DNA of 64,000 nucleotides, from assembly GCA_051362555.1 (NCBI GenBank), contig CM120640.1, forward strand, positions 5,766,001 through 5,830,000. Direction: 5' to 3'. The translations under genes and the position numbers were made by a program. Positions 29,940 through 43,300 of this stretch are shown here, piece by piece. The DNA comes from Lingula anatina (lineage: Eukaryota; Animalia; Brachiopoda). The notes beneath the pieces were generated by a model. The model saw nothing but the letters and a program-made list of their open reading frames with translations, made no database searches and was not told the origin of the DNA. Every line of letters begins with the position of its first letter. Within the stretch, counting starts at the first letter, position 1.

Positions 29940-30320
29940 ACATGTATGGATTATTAGTAGTATCAATCCTATGTTGAGAAAATTGGGAGCATTGTCACTT
30001 AATTTGTCCTTTTATTTATAATGGTAAACCTGTAAATTGCTTCTTGCCCCCAATTTGTGTCCCTGGCGAGAGAGAGTGTGTGTATGTGTGTGTGTGTAAT
30101 TGTGAAAAATACTGAAAATAGCTGGAGAAGTCAATTGACCTTGTGACGTAAACTGTTGGTTTATTTTCGTAAGGTATGTATCACACAATTCGCACTGTTT
30201 GCTAAAACTCTATCGAACCTTTCACTGGAAGCGCCCAGCTAAAAAAAAATTATTTGTCCCAGACGAATTACTGTTTCATAAGATTTCTCGAAGAGAACTT
30301 TGATAAGAATGGGCATAGTG

Positions 30321-30624
30321 GAATTGGGAGTGAGCTTTTTGAATTCGGAGTGAGGTTTACGAATTCGGAGTGAGGTTTGCGAATTTGGAGTGAGCTTTTT
30401 CAATTCGGAGTGAGGTTTACGAATTCGGAGTGGGTTTGCGAATTCGGAGTGAGCTTTTTCAATTTGGAGTGAGGTTTACGAATTCGGAGTGAGGTTTGCG
30501 AATTCGGAGTGGGGTTTACGAATTCGGAGTGAGGTTTACGAATTCGGATTGAGGTTTAAGAACTGAGAGTGAAGTTTAAGTATTCGGTGTGAGGTTTAGA
30601 ATTGGGAGTGTCGTTTGGAATTTG
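30321..30624 (-). repeat. Right subterminal 20-bp tandem array (inverted copy of left array), ~15 units
   Basis: Units gaattcggagtgaggtttac. The variant gagcttttt(c/g)aatt occurs at ~30332, 30392 and 30451. Confidence 0.95.
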
Positions 30625-31308
30625 GAGTGCACATGTGGGCCACCGCACCTTTGAGATATATTATTATATACCTATATTAAATAAGTAGAATCAGAAGAAC
30701 GCCCTTGTGTAAATTTCAAGATATCCCGAAAAAAGGGATTTCATATGAGGGAGGTGGATGGATCCAAAAGGTGAACTCCCTCTTTTCTGAATCTCCTACA
30801 TCCACCAGATATCAAAACAGATTGGAAGATAGTCTTACTGTGGTGCTGGGTATCTCCTCTATCACCTAATACATGTATATAGTTCAAATTTCTGCTATAT
30901 TAATTATTGTATTTTGCCAAAAATAGTGACCCTATTGTTTTTACCAGGACACAAGGAACAGAGGCAGGAAAGGGTGGAGAGGAGTAAAACATTTGCTTTT
31001 AAGTGTTTAAAGATGGATCATTAGCTTTTTTTCCTGAAAATATTGCAAATCGCCAAATGAACACGTTTTGTGTCCGCCACTCTGTTACAGTATCAAATGT
31101 TGATCTTTACGCTACAGTTATTACTGTAGATAAAAATAAAATAACAGCATACCATTTAGTATTCTAATGTACCTGTATATGTGTTCCAGTATCTTGTAAC
31201 TTTGGCAGTAAAGCAAACGCATTCATTGCTGCTGAGCGTTTTCATTCAAATGACGCGCGGAAAGAGCTGTTGAGTGCAGTATCGGTGTTGCATTAATTCC
31301 CTCCTTGC

Positions 31309-34300
31309 ATGATGGCCGAAGAAAGGGGAAGCCGAGGCCGCAAGGAAACTGTAAGTTTACCACGTTTTTCTCACAAACAGGCGCCTGTAAAAACATCAAG
31401 AGATGGTGCTGGACCTGGTATTACAATTTATATTTATAATTATTGTGTGCATCGTCAAAAGCTGCGACTTAAAAGTTCCAAAGCCCGGTTCCCATATAAA
31501 ATTCATTTTCAATGTTTTGATTTTGTTGGCGTTAAAAAATCCTCGAAGGCCTTGCTTGCTGAATCAGTAACTCGAGTTTTATCTTTATGGAGTTGTGCTC
31601 ATTTATAGATGTAGGCATGTGCGTTTGCGTTGCCAGTGAGTTGAACTAACTGCATTAACCTAGCACCGATTTAACCAGTCCACGCCCACACGTCAGTACA
31701 ATAATACAAGTGTAATTGAATGTTGGTTTTTTCTTTCCTTGAACCATTATTATGACACATTCACATAGCAGTTGACAGCTAAACTACCAAAAAAATATCG
31801 ATACTAATTTATTAAAACTGACGCCTAGGAACCTTCAAGACTGATCTTGTTTATTTTTGCTTGTTTGATGTTGAATAGTATAGTTGTATGTCTGAGTTGT
31901 AACATATGATAAAGGGAGTTGTAATTATTTATGTGTGTTATTTGTTGAAAAAATATGTTTATCTGATTGTGCTTGGGTTACTGTGATACAAAGTTTTACC
32001 ATTACCTTTTCAGTCTGGGCTCCTTATGTCCGTAATTAGAGCTTTGTCATCAAGGTGAGTGATATGTACATGTTTTTCAGATGTGTTGTTTAAATGCATT
32101 ATATGCCTTTCTTTTGAACCATAAAGATGTTTACATAATATATCTGCAGTTTTACCAACAATTAACATAAGTGATTTTGTAGCTATTTGCTAAATTAGAT
32201 TTGTTACAGATATATCATACAGAGGATATGGTCAAATACTCAGTATATGTTACAGAATGAAAATGATCTTTTTTTCTTAGCTCAAGTCTGGAACAGAGGG
32301 AGAAAGAAAAGCAAAGAGTGGAAAAAGAATTTAGAGAAAGTGATAGAAGGCTAGACAATCTTGTAGCAGGTAATATCAAGTCATTTTAATTTCAGAAAAT
32401 AGTAGATTTAACACAGCAATTTAGCATTTAATAGCTTAATTATTATAGTAATACCAGTAACTTCATTAGTGATGAAAGATTGAATCATTTTACAGTTAAA
32501 ATTTGAATTTGAACTGAATGTTTTTTCTTTCAGAAAACTATGAAGATTTGACATCAATTATCAAGGCATTCAGCACAATATCAGACAGAGTGCAAGGTAA
32601 TATTCATTGGTCTTTATACCTCTTTTCAGTATTTTTAAAGGTATAAAGAGTGTGCATTTTCCAGGTTTTACTCTAGCTATGAAGTGCATTGTTTTGAATA
32701 GTGATGGAAAAAATATATATACATTATTTTTAATTCAGCCTCACGTGACAGAATTGCCAAAGTAAAAGACAACTTGCTGTCATGTAAGAACTTGCTGCAC
32801 TGTAAACGAGATGAGCTCCGTAAGTTGTGGATTGAGGGAGTGGAGCAGAGAACTGTGGTGGAGATGATGGAAAGGATGTAAGTTCTCAGTGTTTTTTCAT
32901 TCATTGACAGACTTTGTCTTGTTAAGGCAGCCCTGATTTAACCTCACTGATGGAAATGTAATTTAGGAGTCCTAAAAGTGAAGTAGACATAAACTTTTAC
33001 GATTGGGTGATGAAGTTTCATACATAGAAGATAATGTGTATTTAAAATACCAGGAATTAGGAGCATGATTTTTGAGTATTTTTGGGTGTTTGTTTTTCAG
33101 AGAAAATATCAAAGAAGTACCAGAAAAGTTGAATGGATATATGGAGAAAAAGCACTACCTTCACGCAGCTGAACTAATCACAAATGCTGGTGAGTTTTTG
33201 AATAAAAGAATAAATTTCAAATCAATCTGCATTGTGAAAAAATATGGAATTTTGCAAATCAGTCATTTATGTATTTACATATAGGAAAATTGACAATACA
33301 TTTTTACAGGTTGTTACATTAGATTTGTAAGATATTGAAACCAATATATTACATTCAGGCCTGTAGCCAGTAAATTCTAAAGGGGGGTTCTTTTTCTGAA
33401 AAAGTGGACCTTTTACAATGAAACTTATGTGTACCTAGATAAAATTTTACCCAAAATGGACCTTTTCTTGACATAAGGGGTGGTTCTTTCGAACCCCTCG
33501 AACCCCACCCCCCACCCCCCCACCCCCACCCCCCCCACCCCCGCTACGGGCCTGACATTTGTTGGATAGATTTAGACCTTTTTGTCCCTATGTTTTCTAG
33601 TGTCCCTGCTGGAGGGGGACCTGGTGGAAGTTGAGGGATTGAGAGACTTGAAGGTAGATCTCATCTCAAAGAAAAAGGTGAGTCTTATTTTGTGTTTTTG
33701 TTTAAAAAATAACATTTAAATTGTTTTAAAAAATGACATTTAAATTTGAGATGATATAAATTTAATTTTCACATATATTTATACCACTTGTGTTCCATTC
33801 TTACCAGCACTTGTTTGAAGTAATTGTTGATGAGCTTCACACACAAATCTACGTGAAGACCACCGAGGCTAAATTTAATCGCCAAGGCTCTGGGAGAAGG
33901 GACAAGAAAGATGGCGGTGGCATTCAACGAGCGCTAGTTGGAAAGTTGTCCTCAGGAGGTATGATATCTGGACAGCAAATGAAAAAGTGACATGAAAATA
34001 TTTGAAAAGAAATCACAAATCTTGCTATCTTTGTCATGTTTTATTCCACATGTTATATCCATGAGTAAGTTAAACAGAAAATATACACATGGCTTACAGT
34101 GCCGTATATATATTTAATTGTCTGAGCATACTGCAGTTTGATCAGGAGCAACACGTTTGTTTAAAAATAGTGAAGTTGGTCAAAAATAAGGTTTTGGTTA
34201 ATCTCCAAGTCTGTTTCACAGGTCAGAATGAGCTACAGGTGCCAAGCAGCAGACAGGAGCCCCACCTAGTGGTGGAGGAGCTGGATGTTGACCCGGAGGA

Positions 34301-37300
34301 GGATCAGCCACATTTTATTGGAGTGTTAGTGGAATCTCTGGCCATACTGAAGAGGCTGTCAACAGCAGTGGAGGTAAAGTAGCAGTGGTGAAATGTAAAA
34401 TTGATGAAATATTTTTAATTGGGAATTATTTTCCAGTAAATGATATTTGGAATAATACTTTTGGGAGAATAATATTAGATTTTTTTGTGCTTGTGTAGGA
34501 AAATTGTATTTTATTTTGACTAGTTAGTTTTATTAAAACATAGTTACTTTTAATTTTGTAGGTTATACGCCAGTTTTATTAAAACATAGTTACTTTTAAT
34601 TTTGTAGGTTATACGCCATAGAATGAAGCCAGAGCTTTTGGGTCTGATTCACAGAGCTGCTCAGCAAATTGTTGAAATGTAAGATACAGGTTTGATAACT
34701 TAAGTTTGTGCCAACAGTAAGTGTACAAAAGTAAACTGTAAGTTGGGTATATTAAGGATGTAGATAACAGGGGTAGCTATCTTCTAAACCGGCCAAGATA
34801 TACCAACATGTTACATATCAATAGAAAGCTTATTTCAACAGCTCTTCATTTCATATCCTTATTTTATTATGTAATCGTTACGTAATGAGATATAATGCTT
34901 AATAGGTGTGCTCAACATGATCTTTACACCTTAAAAACTAGAAGTCCACTACAAATGGACATGTGTAGACAGCTTGACTCATGAGCCCTCATAGGGATCA
35001 ACAAGAATGCGCCTCAAATTAGCGATATGTGTTAAATTAGCAGAGATATCAAAATAAACTTGGTTTCCAGTTCAACGAGACCCCCTAGCCTAACTAAAGC
35101 ATGCCTAAGTTGAAAACGGAGCTGATGTTATGAAATCCCAGACACATACTTTCAGACAAACCTTAGATCTAACGAATGAATACCAGCTTTCATCAGTTGA
35201 AAGTTCTAATTAATTTTGACACTGGTCTATATCGTTCTCTTGAAGCCATAAACTGAAGCAGAGAAATCAGCCTTTTAGTGCTCCCCGGAGATTCCAACGT
35301 TATATAATCAGTGAGCTGCATTGGCAAGCTGAGAAATTTAGTTATTTATACTGGTTCGGCCCTCTACTCACTGCCTATGTAACTGTCACTATGTCTTTCA
35401 TCCATTTTCAACATTAATATTGAACATTTTCAACCGGAGGCCCCCTCCATGCATTGACAGCAGCCACCATGTTAGTCGTGACGTCAGCATTCTTCACCAC
35501 GTGACACCTAGGGGGAGTGCCTTTGCCCATATACGTCTCATCTATATGTCTGCTTTTTAAAGCTTTAATAGATCGTCAGAATTAAGTTCACTGATAAATT
35601 CAAAATGAAAAGTATTGTTTGGCAAGTGAAAGCGCAACGTTACTCACAGAATGTGATAGGCTTAGCAGCAATCTAGTACGGGAAATATACAGCTGCACAG
35701 TGGAGCTGCCAATCAAACACATATATGGACAAGTGTGACCTACTTTAAAACTCAGACACGCTACCACAGGGGTAAATCAGCAATTAGGCTAAAATTACGG
35801 GTTTATTTGTAAACTTCCATTATTTTAAGATAGGCTGATATATAGTTGATATTTCATCTATCTAATACTGACAAATTCAGAAAAACACCCAAATTTTGAC
35901 AATTTACTGTTATCTACATCCTTAAACCAAATTGAGATCAACTTGCATGTATGTCAGGATTTGTAAATTGTGAGAGCAAAAGTATTACTTATCTGTCACT
36001 TTATATTTTGCAATTTTTGAAACACATAATATTTCAGTGCATCCCAGCAAGGAGAGAATGTCTTGAATCAGCATCAACCACGTCATCTACTGGAGCTTCT
36101 GGAGCTGGTGATCAAACAGTTCCGCTCTGTGGCTCACACTCACCAGTTGGTGCTACAACACCTCAAGAGAAAAACAGTAAGTAGATGTTTAGTTAATTTG
36201 TAAAATTTTAAGAAAGTTTGTGTGGCATGTAACTCTTAATGCCCTTTACGTAAGCTTGCATAGCTAGATATTTAACATAAAGTAGACATTTACTTAAACT
36301 TATTGGACTTGCTGTGCATCAACTTGTATTGCCTTAAAGCAGTATAAAACATTTTTGAATGAAAGATGTTTCTCCATTTCTTTCAGACATCTGCCTCTCC
36401 AGATGAACCAGATATTACACTATATGGCATCGTAGAAGTGTGGGGGAAAATACAGGAAGCAGTAAGTAATGTATTGAGAACTTTACAGGTGGTCTACCTT
36501 GATGTCATCTTAAATATTTGGAATGAAGTTTTGTAATTTTTTTTCACAGTAAAAGTTGATCGATCAGTCCAAAACATCTTTTTCTAAAGAATGCAAATTT
36601 TTAAAGAATTACACATATTCAATGCAATTTCAATGTTATCCAGATTTAAGCATTTTCAAAGTATGTAACAAAATAGTTTTTAAATTTTTGGAAATAACAA
36701 CCTAATACATATGTATGTAATAAATCACAAGTACTGATAATGTAATAGTGACCAGTATCCAGTTATGTTAACTGCGCATTTTAACAGTGAAAATAATGTT
36801 TTCAGCTTCAGATATTTCTTGGGGACTACCTGGACATGCGTAACACAGCAGCCACGCAACAGCAGACAGCCAGCAGCTTTGAGGAGCACACGGACATAGC
36901 ATCTTATTTTGCCAGGAGGAGAACTGCAAAACCAAAGAAGGTATCGCGTCAACCTTTTATTAATTTTTGAGCTTTGACTGTAAGTAGATTATTTAAACAC
37001 TGTCTCCCATCAGGCTGACGAATCGAAGCAGACTGCAATTGAACTACATTACCTGCTTGAGAAATGGATTTAAAACGTTAGGTTTTTGCCTATAGACAGT
37101 GCGATCGACAGGATATAGAAATAGAGAAGTCTGTATTAGAGCTCTTGCAATACTATAATGATCCACATGGATGTGAAATGGCTATTTTAATATTGCTAAA
37201 TGTAATATATCATTAAAACAGCACTGGTTTTGCAAGGACATATATGTTAATCTTGAACTGGTATTCATTATTTAACAACAACAAACAATACAAATCTTAA

Positions 37301-40300
37301 AAAGATATCATATTGTTTTCATTTCAGGCTCCATTGTTTAGATTTGAAGCTTCCTCTCATGCTATTAGCATGCACAGTTACTTTGAAGAGCAGAAGCAGG
37401 ACTTTTACGGCCCAGTGAGTTGTTAGTCATAATAATTAAAAAATACTCCCATGAAAAAAATAAATAAAAAAAAATTAATATTAAATAAACAAATCAATAA
37501 ATTTTAATACTAACATTTACTAATTTAGTCTTATGAATGATAGTAATCTATCAGGTTAAGTTGAAATTTGACTCCAACTTTTAGGTTGAGGCCATGCCCA
37601 GTAGCCCAACAAGGGGAGCTCCATATAAACAGACATTTGTTTGTAAGCCTACAGCCAACAACATTACAGGTAAGATGTCAAAATTATGATTTCCTCTTTC
37701 ATTTTATTAAACATGATAAATATTTTCTAGCATTTTTTAGAGTTGACAATCACCACATATCATGTTTTTAGTTTTATTTGGAAGCACTGTATTTTCTGTA
37801 TAATTTCAGCCATCTACAATCCCCTACAACAATTCATACAAGAGATTGAGGCTGCCACTGGGTGTCAGGCAGGGTAAGATGTGTGTGCGTGTATGCAAGG
37901 GTGGTTGGACTAACGATGTTTTATTACCTCCGCCAAGGTGGTTATATTTTCACCCCTGTTTGTTTGTTTGTTTGTCTGTCATCAACATAACTCAAAAAGT
38001 CATGGGCCGATTTTGATGAAATTTTCAGGAACTGCCAGAAGTGGGCCAAGGAAGAGATGAGTAGTTTTTGATGGTGATCCGCATCAATTATCAATCAATA
38101 ATCAATAATAATCAAATATCTCTGCCTTGGTGGTGGTCTGCACTCTCGGAGTGCCTCTCTAGTTAACCAAAAGATTGATAATCATACATTCAGAATTTTT
38201 ACTTGTGTGGATTTTAATAATACAGTAATGCATAAATTGTATAGGTTTATTTCTCTATCATCATATTCCAATGTGTATATTATGTCATTATTTGAACAGA
38301 ACAAAATGTGGGTAAGAAGAAAGATCTTGTTGGGCGTACTTTAGTTTTATGAGTGTCTTGAATACTTTGAATTTGAGAAAATAATTTTTATTATTTCCAG
38401 TGCATCTCCACTGCAATCTTTCATCACAGAGTTTGTGAAGAAAACATTTTTGGGCCAGGTGCATTACAATATCATGAGTGATATTGCCACAGCAACCAAA
38501 GGTAAATGGTGCATGTACATCATGCTTTATATAATCATCTTAATCATCTAATGAACACTTTTCACTTCAGAGATTATGTTTTGGTGGAGGTATTGTATAT
38601 TTTTCTGTATAATAACCCTTTCTGTAACTGACTGATATACTGAGCCTAGAAACTAAAGTTAGTTATTTCAGAATGTGGGTTATCTCTTGTATTTTATCAA
38701 GTCATTTGCTCAAGACATTCCACATTCAGTTTTGGATAATTGGGTTTCTGACTTCAAAATAAAACCAAGTATATTGTGCCCTAATTCTCTGTCAAATATG
38801 TTGATGGGGTTTCTTACTTGTTTTGTAATGTTCTATCCTTCTCTTGTATAGGAACTGAGGGAAAGGGTAAAGGCATGATTGTAATGTCTGTTTCTTTAAT
38901 ATCTTCATCCTTTGCCTGAAACTTACTGTTTTCATTGTGTGTTATCAATGTGTTTTTTGTTTAATATATTGAGATGTTTGCAGAATAAGAGTTTTCTAAA
39001 CTGTTATACTTTAGGTTAGTTGGCTTGCCTTATAGCATGCAAGTTCTTGGTTTTCAGCTATAAAATTGAATTTGTCCACTGATTGAATAACTTATGTATG
39101 AAAACCAGCCTAAGTAGCTTCATTTTTAGAGGTTAGTTACTGGAATAAACCTACACTTTTACAGATATGAAAAAAACTCATATAACTATTATGTACTTTT
39201 ACCTCAAAACCTAGAAGTATAACGGATTTGCATCTGTTTCAATAACATCTCTGTTTGTAAGCTTGTAGCCTGAGTAAAAGATGGAACAATCTAAAGGATG
39301 CTTACTTTACCAATTTAAATTGGTATTTACTTGCTTGTTTAGCATGCAACAAAATCATTTACAAAGGATTGGTGTGAATAATGAAAATTGATAATATTAT
39401 GACAAATATTTTTACATTTTCATAGTTTTACAGATGTGTTCATTTGATTATTAATGTTTTTTTTTCCAGATAATTTCTTCATTATCTTGATACATTTTGA
39501 TTGAATAAATAACTATTCGTTTGGTTTAGTGATATTTACTATATTGTTTCATACATGCTCTGTATCATTTACAAATTTTAAGTTTGGGGAAAGGTACCAG
39601 GAATGTCATGTTAGTGTTGTTTATGAAAACCTTGTACATAAATTTTCAATAAAGAAAAAAATTTGCATGGTTTTATTAAAGCCCATCTGTGAGGTATTTT
39701 AGGTAATTCATGAAGAGTTATATAATAATTGTGTTGACTATTTATTTGGTCATTTCTAGCCATTCATTTGTTAGATTGTAATGTAAGTGTCAGATTATGC
39801 TGCCTTGAAAAGTTTGAAGGTGGAAAAAAGAAGAGAGAGAAAAGAGAGAGTTGGAGAATTTTACTGTTTCTCTTTTGCTATTAACAACATAAAATATATA
39901 AAACTGCTTTACATGTATCAAAAGAGTGGATATGCTTTCAGGTTTTGATGCCATGCGGTTTGTCACTGATCAGAAGACTCAGAAAGAACTGAATGTTCCC
40001 AAACCTCTGCTACAGGTGATTATTTATGAAAGAAAACTTGTGAGATTTCAAGGTTAATCATCTGAAATGATTTTGGTAGCTTCTGCTGCTCATACACTGT
40101 ACCTTAGAAGGTTTTGTCACTTGAAATTAGTACAACTGACAATTTGAAAACAGTCATGTATTTGACATGGTATTGGTAACAAGTGTAATTTTTCTAAGGT
40201 ATATCATATGATTACATAAATAACATTTTAACATCATAATTATACAGCTGATTGTAGAGGAAAACATATCTACACTGTTTACATCATCACAATTTCAGAG

Positions 40301-43300
40301 CTTATTATGTACAGACGTCCAATACTGTTAGCAATGTCATGATTTCAGAGCTGATTACAGATGTAAAGACTACCTTAACTGTTAACATTACCACAAATTC
40401 AGAGTTGAATATAGATGTATATTTTACCTATACTGTTAACATTGTCACAATTTCAGAGCTTTCAAGCAATTAAAGAGCATTATAAAGAGGTATAGACTAT
40501 TTTTATTGTGAATATTACCACAATTTCAGAGCACTGTGGCAGTGTACAGCTGTATCCAGGATCTTCACCATCTGATGCAGGATCTGCCAGACTATGGAGA
40601 CCAGTTCTTGGATCTCATAGGAAAGATACTGAAAGATTACAAGGACACTTGTCAAATGGCCTACATAGGTGAGTACAGTACACAGTGGCAAGCAAAGTCT
40701 TCTAATTTAAAAACACATTTACTAGAGGATCAGTATTGGAAGTGGCTGTTTTGAAGATCTTTAAGAGATGTTTGAGCATTCGCTGGATGTATTTATGATC
40801 TTGAATATAATTAAGATTGTTATGATTACTTTTCTAAGTCATTTGTTTTTAACATTTGATCTATTGAAAATACTTGGATGTCTTTGTACTTCAATAACAG
40901 ATATTGTGCAGCCTGATTCTGAGGATAACCGTATCATTAGTGCAATGTGGGCCAAAGATGAAGACATCAGTAGGTTACTCAGGTGAGACAGGTGTTTGAT
41001 ATTATAATTATACTTATAAATGTTTGATTTGATTTAATTTAAAGTTGTTCCAAAACAACTTGGATTTTACTAGAGTTATTTGTCATGAAGTAGTTTGGAA
41101 TAATGTAACATACTGGCAAGTGTTGTGGGTATTAACACAATAGAAAAGCTTGAAAGTTGAAGTAACTGCAATTAAGAAGTGGGCTCTTGTACTTTGATTA
41201 AATGTATGACTATTCTAAAAAGAAAAATACATTGAAGCATTTTTTTTCTCTCAGGTCCCTGCCAAACTGGCTGTACCTGCAGAATGAAAAAGAACTCAAG
41301 CCAGTGGATCTGCATTTCTCAGAGGCAGATATGAGAGCCATGAATTCCAAGGAGTCTGAGATCCTTACCGGAAATCTGTCTTCCTCCGAGACTACCATTC
41401 CACTCCATGAGATTATTTCTGACTCCTCACAGCTCAGAACACTGGGGAACCTGCATGAGAGTCTGGTAAGGTTAATGATAACAGACAGTAACAGAGGCTC
41501 AACCATTATATATGATATGATACACTGATATGTCTACAATAAATACTTTGTTGAATACTGTACAATGGCCCAAAACCCATGCTGTTAGTAAATGTCTTTT
41601 TCAGTATTTTTTCAGTGTCTAACTGAAAATGTACTAACTTAAAATGTTTTTTCTAACAGGAATGGTTTTCAAACAAAATGAAAGAATTTGTCCATAATCT
41701 GCCAGCTTCACCAAGAGTAGCTGTTGGGAAGGTGAGTATGGTGGTGATTTGAGTTTTTCTATCAATAAGATTGTGACATATTTTTGGAAGTTTGTGATTC
41801 AGAATCATACCAGCCAATTACGATATTTACTTTCAATTTTATTTTATTGCCTTTCTTCAAAGTGGATCATGGAATTGTTACAAAGTTCATATTTACAGAC
41901 AAATATAAATAATTTTTTCTTTCTTTTAGGGATGTCAGTTCTCTAAAGAAACAATGCAGTAAGTACAAACATTTGAACTGTAAAATGTTTTGAAATTAGT
42001 TTATATACTATGCATTTTTATAAATATTTCAAAAATTGCCAAGTAAAATAGATTTTGGATATTTTGCCACATATCATATGTGGCATTCTTTTATATTACA
42101 AAAAAAAAGATTAATAAATTTCTGAGTTTATAGAAAGAAACCGTTTTAGATCCACTAGTGTTACACATAAAGAATAATTAATACATACATTTTGGCAGGA
42201 ACAGTGCTCTAACTTAAATTGTATGTTAATTTTCAGGTCTCTTCTCACCCTAGCTCAAGATTTCCAGGAGTTGGCAGATATGTGTTTGTTGGTGCTACAT
42301 TTAGAAGTTCGTGTTCATTGCTTTTACTACATTATTCCAGTGGCAAAATCGGTAAGCTATGCACAAACTATGAATTTTTTTAAGGGTTTTGAACCATGGC
42401 TATCAATGTATTGTTAGTAACATTTTTGAATGATAGCTTCCAAAGAAATCACTCAACTTTGTCATAATAAGGATGAAGACGGTCACTGTAATGATCTTAC
42501 AAAATGACTTTTTAATTTTGCCATATATGTTAAATATATGTTAACTGAATGCTATGCAAAATTCACATTGAACAGTATAGTGACTATCTAGTGAAAAAAA
42601 AATTCTCTAGGTGACATTGGAAAACCGTAAAGTCATGAGAGTTTTCAACTCGCTATGAAGTTTTCATAGTGATTACCTTCAAAGTGATTTCAATTAAAAT
42701 TCTGAATTGTATTTCAGTCCAACTACTCTGGTGCTTTAGATGACATGGACCCTGATGCCAATGTGCTAAAACTGAACAAAGATTTGACAGGTATTGAGGA
42801 GGCCATGTCGCAGAGTCTGCAGCCACGGAAGTTCATGTAAGACACTTTTATAGTTTTAAGGCTCTTGATTTGAATGTTTTAATTAAAATAGTGTGTAATT
42901 AAAGCGTAAATTTGATTTTGCTGCAATCGATAGAATGTCATGGTTAATTTGTTTAACGCTGATACCATAATATAAGTAGGTTTTGTGCTTGAGTGCTTAC
43001 TTACATCTCATGACCAACAACTATCCATGCAAGTAGCTTTCTAGTATTTTTTCTCTGGAACCAGGTATATATTTGATGGTCTTGGACACCTGATTGCCAC
43101 CCTCCTGATCAGCAGTGCACAGTTCCTCACTAGGATCAATGAGAATGGAATTAAGAAGATGTAAGTACAGCATACAATAAAACCAGTAAACAATAGTCAA
43201 TGTAAAATGTAAGAAGTGAGGTTGCTGGAATTGTATAAAGAAGCTTATGTGGGGAATTTTAAAGAGGTTAAAAAAGACAATGGAGTTAAATTGGGTAAAA

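Larger units (their letters stand above)
26318..30647. mobile_element. Non-autonomous DNA transposon with long repeat-built TIRs and 6-bp TSD (IS3EU-like), carrying nested insertions
   Basis: Left end tacggtggcccacaagtgcactccaaattccaaacgacactcccaattctaaacctcacaccgaatacttaaacttcactctc is the reverse complement of the right end (...gtgcacatgtgggccaccgca) with few mismatches. The direct repeat cctttg lies at 26312-26317 and 30648-30653. TAY..RTA termini with a 6-bp TSD match my recollection of the IS3EU superfamily. No transposase ORF is present. Confidence 0.85.

Noticed and set aside
35951-36184. 77-aa ORF as a separate gene (likewise 37568-37771, 43965-44587, 57106-57375)
   Set aside because: Alternative frames over real exons of EXOC4 or the LamG gene, or 3'UTR sequence.
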